From positions 384,001-448,000 of the forward strand of contig CAXBMO010000003.1 in the NCBI GenBank assembly GCA_963977015.1: a stretch of DNA of 64,000 nt, given 5' to 3'. The translations under genes were made by a program, and so were the position numbers. The stretch is from an uncultured bacterium. Lineage in GTDB: Bacteria; Verrucomicrobiota; Verrucomicrobiia; Verrucomicrobiales; DEV007. The notes beneath the pieces are model-generated. The model did no database searches, was not told the origin of the DNA, and saw nothing but the letters and a program-made list of their open reading frames with translations. Below are positions 1-9,801 of the stretch, piece by piece (positions within the stretch are counted from its first letter, which is position 1; the number at the start of each line of letters is the position of its first letter).

Positions 1-488
1 TGACCGGGAATCGCGAACATCAAATCGAGGCTGACCTTCGCAAATCCAGCGTTTTTGAGAACCCGGGCCGACTCCGACGCCTCATCCGAAGAATGATCGC
101 GCCCCAACGTCTCCAATACCGTTGCGTCAAAAGACTGGACTCCGAGACTGGCTCGCGTCACACCAGATTCCAACCACTCCTCCGCCTTTCGCTCATCAAA
201 AGTTCGGGGATTTGTTTCAATCGACCACTCTACGAGCTGAGTTCCGGCAACTTCAGCGACGCGTTTTGCCAGCTTTTTCCACACTTCGCGCGGCAGTAGA
301 GACGGCGTGCCGCCTCCGAAAAAAATCGTCTCAATTTGGGAGTATCCGTCAGGAATTCTCTTTTCCAGTTCGGTTGCCAACGCGTCGGCAAGCGAGGGCA
401 TCGAAGTTCCCCCTGGCAGATGCTTAAAAAAACCACAATAGGGGCAAATCCGATGGCAAAATGGAACGTGAAAATATACTTGTCGCAC
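1..488 (-). CDS. hemW: Radical SAM heme chaperone HemW / HemN-like protein, 5' part (runs off the left edge)
   Basis: Not in the ORF track. My translation of the minus strand from GTG at 488 gives VRQVYFHVPFCHRICPYCGFFKH (CxxxCxxC), then FFGGGTPSL and VSLDLMFAIPG, all typical of HemW. Confidence 0.85.
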   Translation of the reverse strand, partial: MRQVYFHVPFCHRICPYCGFFKHLPGGTSMPSLADALATELEKRIPDGYSQIETIFFGGGTPSLLPREVWKKLAKRVAEVAGTQLVEWSIETNPRTFDERKAEEWLESGVTRASLGVQSFDATVLETLGRDHSSDEASESARVLKNAGFAKVSLDLMFAIPG

Positions 489-597
489 CTTTATCGTTGG
501 ATGAAGATCAAACTCCAATTTCAATTACCTCAATCGGCGTCCTGATCGCCAAAATCAAGCTGGTCTCGCTTTGAGCCAAAGAAACAAACTCACCGCA

Positions 598-1641
598 ATG
601 GACTTTGAACGCACGCTTGGTGGGAAAGTGTTGCGAGATGTTTCGCGTTCTTTTTTTCTCAGCCTTCGGGTTCTTCCAAACGAGGTTCGCGGCACCTGCA
701 GTCTTGCTTATCTGCTGGCAAGAACTTCAGATACCCTCGCGGATACGGCGGTCGTCAAACTTCCGGTTCGCAAAGATTTGCTTCTCCGGTTTCGAAGTCT
801 GATCCAAGATCGTGAGCTCGATGAAGCCGAGGTAAAGAAATTCGAAACAACGGTTCACGACGAAGTACTTCCTTCGATCGACCACAAAGGGGAGAACCAG
901 TTGATGCGCCGAATTTCGGGAATGCTGGACTGGTTGAACGCGCTTTCCGAATCTTCCCGCGAATCCGTGGAACAAGTCCTCGATTCGATCACCACGGGTC
1001 AACTTGAGGATCTGCAACGGTTTGGTGAGTCCGAACCCGGGAAGATGCGCTTTCTCATGACGTCGGATGAGTTGAGCACCTATGCGGATCATGTGGCGGG
1101 AAGCGTGGGACGGTTCTGGACCGAATTGGGCAGCCAGGCCTTTCCCAACTTTTCCGATGTCTCCGTCGACTCGATGCAGGCGAGAGGTCAGGCTTATGGC
1201 CGAGGCCTGCAGTATCTCAATATCGTGCGGGATTTGGGCGATGATGTGAAGATGGGCCGTTGCTACCTTCCTAAACAGGAGCTGGAGTTTGCAGGGTGGG
1301 AAGACGGGCCATGGAACACCAACCAAGGCGCTCTGATGAACGTGGCCACAACCTGGCTCAATCACGCAGAAGAGGGCCTCCGCGAGGGCCTTGACTATTC
1401 CCAGCGTCTTCTCAATCGGCGAATGAAACTTGCCACGGTTCTGCCGGCCATGATCGGTGCGGCAACGATCCGCGCCTTGCGCAAATCGCAAAGCTCCTTC
1501 CTGACACGAAAGATCAAGGTGGACCGAACCGAGACGCGCCGAATTTCGATGCAATGCACCCAGAAGGTTCTTTTCGGACAGAAGTTGGAGCCCTATTTCA
1601 ATCAGTTGTTAAGGGGCGGAGACAGCAATCTCCCAAGTTGA
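598..1641 (+). CDS. Squalene/phytoene synthase family protein
   Basis: LRDVSRSF, AYLLARTSDTLAD, HVAGSVG and GLQYLNIVRDLGDDVKMGRCYLP are head-to-head isoprenyl synthase motifs. ATG at 598 chosen; the ORF track starts at TTG 571. Confidence 0.85.
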   Translation: MDFERTLGGKVLRDVSRSFFLSLRVLPNEVRGTCSLAYLLARTSDTLADTAVVKLPVRKDLLLRFRSLIQDRELDEAEVKKFETTVHDEVLPSIDHKGENQLMRRISGMLDWLNALSESSRESVEQVLDSITTGQLEDLQRFGESEPGKMRFLMTSDELSTYADHVAGSVGRFWTELGSQAFPNFSDVSVDSMQARGQAYGRGLQYLNIVRDLGDDVKMGRCYLPKQELEFAGWEDGPWNTNQGALMNVATTWLNHAEEGLREGLDYSQRLLNRRMKLATVLPAMIGAATIRALRKSQSSFLTRKIKVDRTETRRISMQCTQKVLFGQKLEPYFNQLLRGGDSNLPS

Positions 1642-1684
1642 CTTGGGCTCACTCTCAGGCCACTTTGCCGATTTTCCCTGACCA

Positions 1685-3226
1685 ATGTCCAAAGCAGTCA
1701 AAAACGCGGTTTCACCAGCGCGAGGTGAAGATTTTCCAGAGTGGTATCAGCAAGTGATTCGGGCTGCCGACCTTGCCGAGAATTCAGAAGTACGAGGCTG
1801 CATGGTCATCAAACCGTGGGGATACGGGCTTTGGGAACAAATGCAGCAGAAACTGGATCGGATGATCAAGGACACCGGCCATGTGAACGCCTATTTCCCG
1901 CTCTTGATCCCACTGAGCTATTTGGAGAAAGAGGCTGAACACGCCGAAGGTTTCGCGACCGAATGCGCGGTCGTCACTCATCATCGATTGGAAGCGGAGA
2001 AGCAGGACGACGGGACGACGAAGATGATTCCGACCGGAAAACTGGCTGAGCCCTATATCATTCGCCCCACCTCAGAGACCATCATTGGAGCTGCCTATGC
2101 ACGATGGGTGCAGAGCTATCGCGATCTCCCGATTTTGATCAACCAATGGGCCAACGTGATGCGTTGGGAAATGCGCCCCCGCATGTTCTTGCGCACCACC
2201 GAATTTCTTTGGCAGGAAGGCCACACCGCTCACGAAACGAAGGAAGAGGCAATCGAGGAAGCGGAGAAAATGCATGAAGTCTATGAAACCTTCATGCGGG
2301 AATATTTGGCCATCCCAGTGATTCCCGGCGAAAAATCGGAGGCAGAACGCTTTCCGGGAGCCGATCGCACGCTGACCGTTGAGGCAATGGTTCAGGATCG
2401 AAAGGCGATTCAGGCAGGGACATCTCATTTTCTTGGCCAGAATTTCGCCAAGGCCGCAGGAATCGAATTTCAAGGCCGTGACGGTAAGAAGGAACACGCC
2501 TGGACCACGAGTTGGGGAGTGACGACCCGAATGATCGGCACGGTCATCATGGCCCATGGCGATGACGACGGTGTTGTCCTGCCTCCTCGTCTGGCGCCAC
2601 AACAGATCGTAATTCTTCCCATCATTCCCAAGGAAGAACATCGCGGCGCAGTTTTGGAAGCCGCTGAGAGCTTTGCCGCGAAACTCCGGGATCAAGCGGC
2701 TTGGGGAGAAGGACTTCGCGTCCACATTGACAGTCGTGATTTGGGTGGAGGAGCCAAAAATTGGGAATGGATCAAAAAAGGCGTCCCGGTTCGGATTGAA
2801 ATCGGTCCTCGCGATCTCGAGAAAGGAACCGTGGCGATCGCGCGACGCGACAAGGGAGCCCAGGAGAAAGACTTCGTGAAGATGGAGGACGCCATCACCC
2901 AACTTCCTGAAACGCTCAAGGAGATCCAGGACGGCCTTTTGCAGCGAGCTCTCGAATACCGGGAAGAACATACCCGAAAGATCGATACTCTTGAGGAATT
3001 CCGGGCGTTTTTCACGGCTGAGAACCCCGACAAGCCCGAGATCCATGGTGGTTTTGCCCTCGCCCACTGGGGAGGAACAGCGGAGGATGAGGAGAGACTG
3101 GCCAAAGAGATGAAAGTGACCATTCGCTGCATTCCGAACTCAGACGAGTTGGGTGGTGAACCCGGGGTCTGTTTCTACACCGGAAATCCAAGTCAACGCC
3201 GACTGGTTTTCGCAAAATCCTATTGA
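1685..3226 (+). CDS. proS: Proline--tRNA ligase (archaeal/eukaryotic type)
   Basis: DFPEWYQQVI, IRPTSET, QWANVMRWE, FLRTTEFLWQEGHT, QAGTSHFLGQNF and C-terminal FAKSY. Confidence 0.97.
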   Translation: MSKAVKNAVSPARGEDFPEWYQQVIRAADLAENSEVRGCMVIKPWGYGLWEQMQQKLDRMIKDTGHVNAYFPLLIPLSYLEKEAEHAEGFATECAVVTHHRLEAEKQDDGTTKMIPTGKLAEPYIIRPTSETIIGAAYARWVQSYRDLPILINQWANVMRWEMRPRMFLRTTEFLWQEGHTAHETKEEAIEEAEKMHEVYETFMREYLAIPVIPGEKSEAERFPGADRTLTVEAMVQDRKAIQAGTSHFLGQNFAKAAGIEFQGRDGKKEHAWTTSWGVTTRMIGTVIMAHGDDDGVVLPPRLAPQQIVILPIIPKEEHRGAVLEAAESFAAKLRDQAAWGEGLRVHIDSRDLGGGAKNWEWIKKGVPVRIEIGPRDLEKGTVAIARRDKGAQEKDFVKMEDAITQLPETLKEIQDGLLQRALEYREEHTRKIDTLEEFRAFFTAENPDKPEIHGGFALAHWGGTAEDEERLAKEMKVTIRCIPNSDELGGEPGVCFYTGNPSQRRLVFAKSY

Positions 3227-3264
3227 TTTTCTGCACCAAACCAAGTCACACTTCAAGTAGGCCA

Positions 3265-3537
3265 ATGTTCGAGAATCCTGACGACCTCACCATTTATTCC
3301 AAGCCCGGCTGCCCGTGGTGTATCGCGGTAATCAGTTATCTTCAAAATGAGGGTTACGAATTTACCGAAGTCGATGTTGTCGCCAGCGATAAGCAATTCC
3401 AAAAGATGGTGGAGATCTCCGGTCAATCGCTGGTCCCTACCATCGCCTTTGGCGACCACGTGTTGCCGGATTGCGGGATTTCTGAACTGAAGAAGTTCAT
3501 CAAGAACCACAACATCCAGCTTCCGGTTTCGGCTTAG
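3265..3537 (+). CDS. Glutaredoxin family protein
   Basis: IYSKPGCPWC active site and SGQSLVPTI cis-Pro motif; about 90 aa. Confidence 0.85.
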   Translation: MFENPDDLTIYSKPGCPWCIAVISYLQNEGYEFTEVDVVASDKQFQKMVEISGQSLVPTIAFGDHVLPDCGISELKKFIKNHNIQLPVSA

Positions 3538-3563
3538 GATTAAGCGCTGCCGATTATCGTCTC

Positions 3564-3878
3564 CTAATCTTCGGCATCTGGAGGCTCCTCCAAATCTTCT
3601 TCAACGGGTGGCGGCGCACCTTCCATCAGGGCATTGATCTTTTGTTCAGTCGTCTTCAGCTTCTTCAACGCCGTCTTCGTCAGAAAACAAGACACGTTGG
3701 CATCCCGCTGCACCAATGCTTCAACGATGTGCCGGTGATGGTTCATGATTGCGATAAAGAGCGGCGATCCACCATCCGCATCGACATCTCCTCCCTCCTC
3801 GAGAGCTCTCTCAAAGTTCGTCAGGCAGCCAACTCGACAAGCGACTTCGAGTTCGCGATCTGCATTCCATTCTGACAT
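3564..3878 (-). CDS. Small ankyrin-repeat protein
   Basis: GGDVDADGGSPLFIAIMNHHRHIVEALVQRDANV matches the ankyrin consensus. Confidence 0.7.
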   Translation of the reverse strand: MSEWNADRELEVACRVGCLTNFERALEEGGDVDADGGSPLFIAIMNHHRHIVEALVQRDANVSCFLTKTALKKLKTTEQKINALMEGAPPPVEEDLEEPPDAED

Positions 3879-3910
3879 TGTTAGGTCATATTTATGGCGT
3901 TGTCAGGCGG

Positions 3911-4681
3911 TCACTCAAATACATATTTGCCGTTTTTGAGGCTGGTAAACGGCGGCTTCCCCACAATCTCAAAGTAGTCATAGCCGATTTTGAGATTCGC
4001 CCAGAAGTCGAGCAATTCTTTGCCCTCGCTCGACACCTCTAAGTCGGCAAGCGCCCGGTTCATTCTTTGATCGGTCATTCTGAAAGGAAAGATGTGAACC
4101 CGAAAGAATTCCTGCCCATTGTTCAGCGCGGAAGTCGCGAGGGTGAAGACCTCTTCAATCGAGTTGTTTCCCAGTCCAAACCCTCCGGTTCGTTTGCAGC
4201 CCCCATGCACCAACACGGGATTTCCAGACCATCGTTGCTGACGATCGTACTGGTTGGGAAAGCCGATATTGAACGAGAGATGGTATTTGCTACCAGGATC
4301 CATGTGACGAGGCGCAATCCAATAAAAACCTTCCGGTGCATCGCCATCCCGCTCCCTGCGCTTTGGGCCCAAATCGCCCAAATCACTGCAGATCAGATAG
4401 GTCTTGTAAAAGATGAAGATATTCGACCCCGTTGGCTGCACCCAGACCTCCAGTTCACGGGTTTCTTTGAAAATCCGGATAAAGATGGGTTCGCCCATTT
4501 TGAGATTGAGCCGGCTCAACTCCGCTGAGATCAAAGGTCGAACTCGTTTCGCGGCTGATTGCGAGCGCTTGGTGGGATCTCTTTCTCTTGCCAGAAAATC
4601 GACGACGTCGTGCCGGTTTGAGACAATCCATCCAGCAGCAAGGATGACCAGCAGGACCAGAAAGCGTTTTCTCATGAACAA
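3911..4681 (-). CDS. YkuD-family L,D-transpeptidase/hydrolase (YafK/DpaA-like)
   Basis: IFIRIFKETRELEVW, GPKRRERDGDAPEGFY, YHLSFNIGFPN, VHGGC and VHIFPFRMT; N-terminal membrane anchor. Confidence 0.85.
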   Translation of the reverse strand: MFMRKRFLVLLVILAAGWIVSNRHDVVDFLARERDPTKRSQSAAKRVRPLISAELSRLNLKMGEPIFIRIFKETRELEVWVQPTGSNIFIFYKTYLICSDLGDLGPKRRERDGDAPEGFYWIAPRHMDPGSKYHLSFNIGFPNQYDRQQRWSGNPVLVHGGCKRTGGFGLGNNSIEEVFTLATSALNNGQEFFRVHIFPFRMTDQRMNRALADLEVSSEGKELLDFWANLKIGYDYFEIVGKPPFTSLKNGKYVFE

Positions 4682-4750
4682 CGGTTTGGACGGTACCCGG
4701 TTCCCTTATTCGCCTTTTGATGACCAGAACCTTCGTTGCAACCTACTCTC

Positions 4751-5332
4751 CTAGTCATCAGAGGGCCAAATTAACGTTGCCAAGGCAAACCCTCCGAGAG
4801 TCCAGCCAATCAGCGTATCACCCATACTGGCAATGGTATGGCCGACGCTAAATTCGAACCACGTCCAATACGGAATGTGAGTGACCATGGCTGAGAAGAG
4901 AGCCATCAACGTGACGAACCCCACCCTGCCCAGATAGGTCCGAATCCGTGCAATCCACAGAATCACTCCCATCACCACGGCGGATAGAAAGAGGAACGTC
5001 AGGTGCAGGATCTGATTTCGCTCTGCAGAATTACCACTCGCAAGTTCGCCAGGTCGCACAAAGCCGAAAAAGAAAGGCCCTGCATTCTTTCGGATCTGAT
5101 AGGCCTCGTTTGCGGTTGAGTCCCCCGCTTCGTCATCGGTCATTCGCGGGAGCCAATACATTCCCGGTTCACTTACATTTTCCCGAATCGCGACCTCCAT
5201 TGCGGCTTCGTTCTCAAAACGATGAATCGTCGTGTTATGCCAATCGAACTTGATCCACGAAATCACCCCCCAGAAGAAGACGATCAGCGTTGCAAAAAGC
5301 GCAGCAAACGGAAGCCGGATAAGATTCCACAT
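4751..5332 (-). CDS. Hypothetical membrane protein (about 4 TM)
   Basis: ORF with several hydrophobic segments. ATG at 5332 lies 5 nt after a TTGCGG-N16-TAATTT promoter-like motif. Confidence 0.7.
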   Translation of the reverse strand: MWNLIRLPFAALFATLIVFFWGVISWIKFDWHNTTIHRFENEAAMEVAIRENVSEPGMYWLPRMTDDEAGDSTANEAYQIRKNAGPFFFGFVRPGELASGNSAERNQILHLTFLFLSAVVMGVILWIARIRTYLGRVGFVTLMALFSAMVTHIPYWTWFEFSVGHTIASMGDTLIGWTLGGFALATLIWPSDD

Positions 5333-5383
5333 TTCCAAAATTAGAGCGAATCAGTTAGGCCGCAAAGCCAAAATACCGAATAC

Positions 5384-5411
5384 AAAAAAAGCGCCCCAAA
5401 CGGGACGCTTT
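5384..5411 (-). terminator. Rho-independent terminator of rpsU
   Basis: Minus strand GCGTCCC-GTTT-GGGGCGC hairpin followed by T7. Confidence 0.8.
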
Positions 5412-5451
5412 CTTCGAAATTTTGCGATTGAACAATCGGCAACGGAAAGAC

Positions 5452-5673
5452 CTAACTTTCGGAATCGGTCTTTTTGTCTTCCAACGTAAAGCGAAACTTG
5501 AATCGAGCACGTTTTGCATTGGCACGGGCCTTGCGCTTGAGTCGAGCCGTTGGTGTTTCGAACGCACGAAGACGGCGGACTTCCTCAAGAATCCCTTCGG
5601 TCTCGAGCTTTGTTTTGAGCCGCTTCAACGCGCGATCGACGGATTCACCTTTTTTGACCTGAACTTCTGGCAT
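5452..5673 (-). CDS. rpsU: 30S ribosomal protein S21
   Basis: MPEVQVKKGESVDRALKRLK...EVRRLRAFETPT matches bS21. Confidence 0.95.
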   Translation of the reverse strand: MPEVQVKKGESVDRALKRLKTKLETEGILEEVRRLRAFETPTARLKRKARANAKRARFKFRFTLEDKKTDSES

Positions 5674-5711
5674 GCTATTGCTGGATTACTTATCTAACTT
5701 TTGGGGCGGGG

Positions 5712-5739
5712 ACACTAGAGTCTAATTGCCTCGTGTCAA
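5712..5739 (-). promoter_or_regulatory. Sigma70-like promoter of rpsU
   Basis: Minus strand TTGACA-N16-TAGTGT upstream of rpsU. Confidence 0.6.
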
Positions 5740-5758
5740 CTCGACAATTCCAAACAGA

Positions 5759-6544
5759 TCACTGACTTTCAACGTCTGATCTTTCACGATTTCGTACCGT
5801 GAGGTGGGTTCTTGCGACATCGCCCATGTAGTGATTCGAGGACGCGTTCTCCGCAGCCTCCCGAACATATTTCATCGCCTTCTCGGTTTCGCCCACGGCT
5901 TCAAAATAGAGCCCCACGTAAAGCGCTGCATAAAACTCTCCGTTGTTACCACCAAGCTTTCCCGCTTCAATCACGGATTCTGGGGTAGCATCCCCCGCAA
6001 ACAATTGGTGCACCTCTTTCATGGGAACTCTCGAATCCCCTGATATCGGAATTAGATTCTCCCGGGCCTTTGCCACGGTGCCACCGGGTACCCTGACGGC
6101 ACAAAGAAAGTGCCACACGGCGTTTTCGACATCCTCTGGATTCACGGTTTTATGAATTTCGAATTGGTCGACACCTTCCTGATACTTCCCAGCGTAATAG
6201 AGCGCGATTCCCCGCTGCCAGTGACTCGGGGCGTACTCCGGCTCTAATTCGAGTTCACGATCGAAATCGGAAACAGCCTCCTCAATGTTCCCTTCCTGAA
6301 AAGATTTCCAGCCTCGGCGATGAAGAATCGAAGCGGTGTATTGGCGGGCAATCTGGGCACTTTCATCGTCTGCAGTGTCTCGGGCCGCGATCGGGGCCAG
6401 GAGCTTGATCGCCTCATCATAATCTCCGCTCTGGAAAGCAGCCTTGGCGGCTTCAAATACGAGATCCGCGTCCTCATCCTGCGCTTGAACGGAAATCAGG
6501 AGCCCAAAGACAGCGAGGAGGAAGGAAATTTTGCGAACAATCAT
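5759..6544 (-). CDS. Secreted TPR protein (NlpI-like)
   Basis: Signal peptide; TPR-like helices; WQRGIALYYAG, NPEDVENAVWHFLC and FYAALYVGLY. Confidence 0.75.
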   Translation of the reverse strand: MIVRKISFLLAVFGLLISVQAQDEDADLVFEAAKAAFQSGDYDEAIKLLAPIAARDTADDESAQIARQYTASILHRRGWKSFQEGNIEEAVSDFDRELELEPEYAPSHWQRGIALYYAGKYQEGVDQFEIHKTVNPEDVENAVWHFLCAVRVPGGTVAKARENLIPISGDSRVPMKEVHQLFAGDATPESVIEAGKLGGNNGEFYAALYVGLYFEAVGETEKAMKYVREAAENASSNHYMGDVARTHLTVRNRERSDVESQ

Positions 6545-6628
6545 CTTTTTCTGAAACTTGGCGGAATATCGGTTGTTGAACCTTTCACTGAGTAACTCAG
6601 TTCAACCTATCTCTACAAAAAATTAATC

Positions 6629-6886
6629 ATGAAAAGAAAGCTCCTAATTACGACTCTTACGATGTTTGGATTGGCATTCGGTGGTGCCATTGCCCAAGAC
6701 GCCCCTAAAAAAGACGGCGCCAGAAAACCTCCCACACCCGCTGAACGTGCAGCCAAGCTGATGGAATCCGCGGACAAAGACAAGGATGGAAAACTCACCG
6801 TGGAAGAACTGACCGCTCACTTCGAATCCATGCCTCCACGGAAAGGCAAGCCAGACGGCGGTAAAAAGAACAAGCCTGCCAACTGA
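6629..6886 (+). CDS. Small secreted EF-hand protein
   Basis: Signal peptide ending AIA-Q and EF-hand loop DKDKDGKLTVEE. Confidence 0.75.
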   Translation: MKRKLLITTLTMFGLAFGGAIAQDAPKKDGARKPPTPAERAAKLMESADKDKDGKLTVEELTAHFESMPPRKGKPDGGKKNKPAN

Positions 6887-6923
6887 ACCTGTTGAGCTAG
6901 GCAACCTTTGTTTTGCTATTTGA

Positions 6924-6966
6924 GGGAACCCGCGAGTTGGCTTCAACTTTCGGGTTCCCCTTTTTT
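6924..6966 (+). terminator. Rho-independent terminator
   Basis: GGGAACCCG...CGGGTTCCC stem followed by a T6 tract, between convergent genes. Confidence 0.75.
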
Positions 6967-9106
6967 ATTCCTCCATTTCAAGAATTTCCGAGGTTCGATC
7001 CCGGTATTCCTGAATCAGCTCCTCTCGCTCGCGACTGAACTGGAGGGGATTTCTCATCGTCTCAAGAAGTCGAATCGCCCTCAAGAGATTCTCCAAAGCA
7101 AGTGAACGACTAGCCGGGAGCTCCAGATTGTAACAACGCCCCACAGCGGCGTAGCATTTCGCCAGGAGAACCGTGTGCTTGGAGTCTCTTGGCTCCCGCC
7201 TTTGAATCTCCTGCCTTACCAGCAGTTCTTGCCGCAAGTAGATCAGGGCCCCCACCAAGTCCCCGTCCTCCAGATGTGACAGACCCAGGGCATGGTATCC
7301 GTAGGCAACAGCGGCCTGCAAGGTGGTGCTGAATTCAAAAAGATCCATCCGGTCTCTGCCGACTTCAATCGCCTCCTCATAGTTATCCTTCGCGTCCTTG
7401 CGTTCGCCGGCGGCCAAATGCGTGTCGGCCCTGGCGTTCAGGACCTTCACCACCATCAACTGATTCGCGACTGACGCCGTTTGATTCGGCAGTTTTCTCA
7501 CGAGCGTCGCCAAACGAAGCGCCTCATCAAAGGAACGAATCGCTTGATCGTAGCGTTCGATGGTCTTCTGGATTTCTGCTTTCCGAACGAAAATTTCCGC
7601 CGTGTTGCTGAAGTAACGTTCCTCGGAAGCTCCACTCGCCGTCTCGAGATCCCGCATTTCCAGCGCCAAATCATAGTATTCTGCCGCAGTATCAAGATCC
7701 TCCTTCAGCCGATAGCAATCCCCCAATCCCACCAAAATCAGAGCGGAGCGAAAGGTCATTGCCGGATCGCCTTTTCCATTCTGGGATAACTGGTCAAGGA
7801 TATTGAAGGCTTTCTCGTAAGCCGCGATGGCGTCTTCATGAAGTCCCCTTACAATCGCCGCATCACCGCGACCTCGTAGAATATTGGCAAGAAGCTTCAA
7901 GGACTGCACCGTCCGCATATCCTTAGAGAGGTTCTCAAAATAGGTATCTGCGTTGTCCGCGATGTGCTCGAGAAGCTCCATTTTCTCCATGGGCCCCAGA
8001 TTTTGGCGCAAATCGAACATGATGAAGTTCACCAACTCCTCCGCATCCCGACGAGCTTTCTGCTCCGACTCGCTTGCCTGCCGGGCCTGATGGGACTCGT
8101 AAAACGCCAGACTCGATGCCACAATCGCAACTCCGGTAATCGCCCCGAACAGGAGCGACCAATTTCGCGAACGGACCGTCCGTTTCTCCTGCTCCGAACG
8201 GATGATCTCGTTGCGGACTTCCCGCATATCCATAAACCGGTCTTCTGGCTTCAAAGCGAGGCACTTCGTGATCACCATTTTGCGCCGGTTGTCGATTTTT
8301 GCCCCATCCGGCCAAACAATCTCGGGCTCCTCTTCAATCAACTTGGTGATTCGGCTGGCTTCCGTCGAGAGGGTATCTGCAACCGAGGCCTCCAAGGTGG
8401 TCGCCTCAATGATTGATGCTTCAAAATCCTCATCCGCCTGCCCTTCAATCAGCTTCTGCAATCGGGGCAACTTCCCGGTGATGAGCCGATAACAAAGCAC
8501 GCCAAAGCTATAAACGTCCCACCGGAACCCTTTGCCATTGGCGGTCTCGCCCGGATTCATCAGCTGCTCCGGACTCGAATAGAGAGGAGTTCCAACCGCA
8601 TCCACATGCTGAGGATTGATGCCTCGGCTTTGACCGAAGTCACAGATTTTGATCCGGGGAGGATTCTCGTCCGTCAACATCACGTTGGTTGGTTTGATGT
8701 CGCAATGGAGAATCTGATGGCGATGCAAATAGGCCAGCGCAGCTGCCATTTGGTCAATCAACCGCGCATTCTCCTTCGCGTCCCGTTTCCCGCAAATATC
8801 CATGAGGGATCGGGATCGCCACGTCCCATCCTCCTTGGCATCGGCGTGCAGGCTCATCGCATAAAACGGCGTGCTTGTGAGGAGGTCAAAGTCGTGCAGC
8901 GTGACGATGCCAGGGTGCTCGGCCATGCTCGAAAGCTTTTCCAACTCGCGGGCCATCGTCGGCAATTCCACCGTGTCAGGCTTGAACACCTTGAGAGCGC
9001 GTTCGCTGATTCCCCGATACGTCGCCCGATAAACCGTTCCGAAAGTTCCTTCACCAAGTGGCGGAAGGTGCACTTGGTAGTCTTTGATGTGGAAGTTCTG
9101 CTTCAA
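6965..9106 (-). CDS. Hanks-type Ser/Thr protein kinase with TM helix and C-terminal TPR region
   Basis: LGEGTFGTVY, ALKVF, HCDIKPTN, DFG, GTPLYSSPE and DVYSFG; TM near aa 315-335; TPR-like helices follow. Confidence 0.9.
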   Translation of the reverse strand: MKQNFHIKDYQVHLPPLGEGTFGTVYRATYRGISERALKVFKPDTVELPTMARELEKLSSMAEHPGIVTLHDFDLLTSTPFYAMSLHADAKEDGTWRSRSLMDICGKRDAKENARLIDQMAAALAYLHRHQILHCDIKPTNVMLTDENPPRIKICDFGQSRGINPQHVDAVGTPLYSSPEQLMNPGETANGKGFRWDVYSFGVLCYRLITGKLPRLQKLIEGQADEDFEASIIEATTLEASVADTLSTEASRITKLIEEEPEIVWPDGAKIDNRRKMVITKCLALKPEDRFMDMREVRNEIIRSEQEKRTVRSRNWSLLFGAITGVAIVASSLAFYESHQARQASESEQKARRDAEELVNFIMFDLRQNLGPMEKMELLEHIADNADTYFENLSKDMRTVQSLKLLANILRGRGDAAIVRGLHEDAIAAYEKAFNILDQLSQNGKGDPAMTFRSALILVGLGDCYRLKEDLDTAAEYYDLALEMRDLETASGASEERYFSNTAEIFVRKAEIQKTIERYDQAIRSFDEALRLATLVRKLPNQTASVANQLMVVKVLNARADTHLAAGERKDAKDNYEEAIEVGRDRMDLFEFSTTLQAAVAYGYHALGLSHLEDGDLVGALIYLRQELLVRQEIQRREPRDSKHTVLLAKCYAAVGRCYNLELPASRSLALENLLRAIRLLETMRNPLQFSREREELIQEYRDRTSEILEMEE

Positions 9107-9230
9107 CCTTCTTGCCTGAAATTTTGAGCGATATGCGCGTTCGCGGCATCTCGCTGATGACCATCACTTCGTCAAACCGGAAATCGTTGACCTTCGCTCC
9201 AATGGGAAAGAGTTTCGCCTCGTCAGAGCG

Positions 9231-9722
9231 CTAGGAACCTGAAGGTTTTTCTGCCATTTCTTTTTTCTCGGGTGCCGGTGCTTTGGGTGGTCCATTTTTT
9301 GCCGCTTTCGCGATCCCTTTGACGTATTTCTGATCTTCCTCTGACAGTTTTTCGAGAGGAAATTCGACAGGAGCTTTGGCCCCCGAGCGAAGAAACCTCA
9401 CATTTCCATTTTTGATCACTTCGACCGCCCCGGTTTCGCCGGGTTTCGGAGCTGAAAACGCCATCAACCTCCCCACCATCATTCGACCATCGGCAGCTTT
9501 CCACTGCCGGGCCGGGCTCACCGAGGTGTAGTAGACGATTTTGGTTTGTGGCTTCGGAGTTGGTGGTGCCACGATCACCCCGCCGCCATCGTTATTGATG
9601 CTTCCACCGCCCAGCGCCCGCCGTTGCGCTTCGATGGGATCCTCGGCAAAAAGCGGGTCATGGAACGTGAAACTCCCAAAAATGATCATCGCAACAAAAC
9701 GAAAGCGGATTCGAGAGAACAT
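9231..9722 (-). CDS. Secreted protein with SHD1-like domain
   Basis: Signal peptide; RQWKAADGRMMVGRL...FPLEKLSEEDQKYV is an SHD1-like motif common in PVC bacteria. Confidence 0.65.
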   Translation of the reverse strand: MFSRIRFRFVAMIIFGSFTFHDPLFAEDPIEAQRRALGGGSINNDGGGVIVAPPTPKPQTKIVYYTSVSPARQWKAADGRMMVGRLMAFSAPKPGETGAVEVIKNGNVRFLRSGAKAPVEFPLEKLSEEDQKYVKGIAKAAKNGPPKAPAPEKKEMAEKPSGS

Positions 9723-9801
9723 CGCGTAATCTTATCCCTTAAGGTTCCAGCGTCCAGCAATGTTGGCGTCTTGAAGGTCGAAACACCTTTGATTACCAGA
9801 A

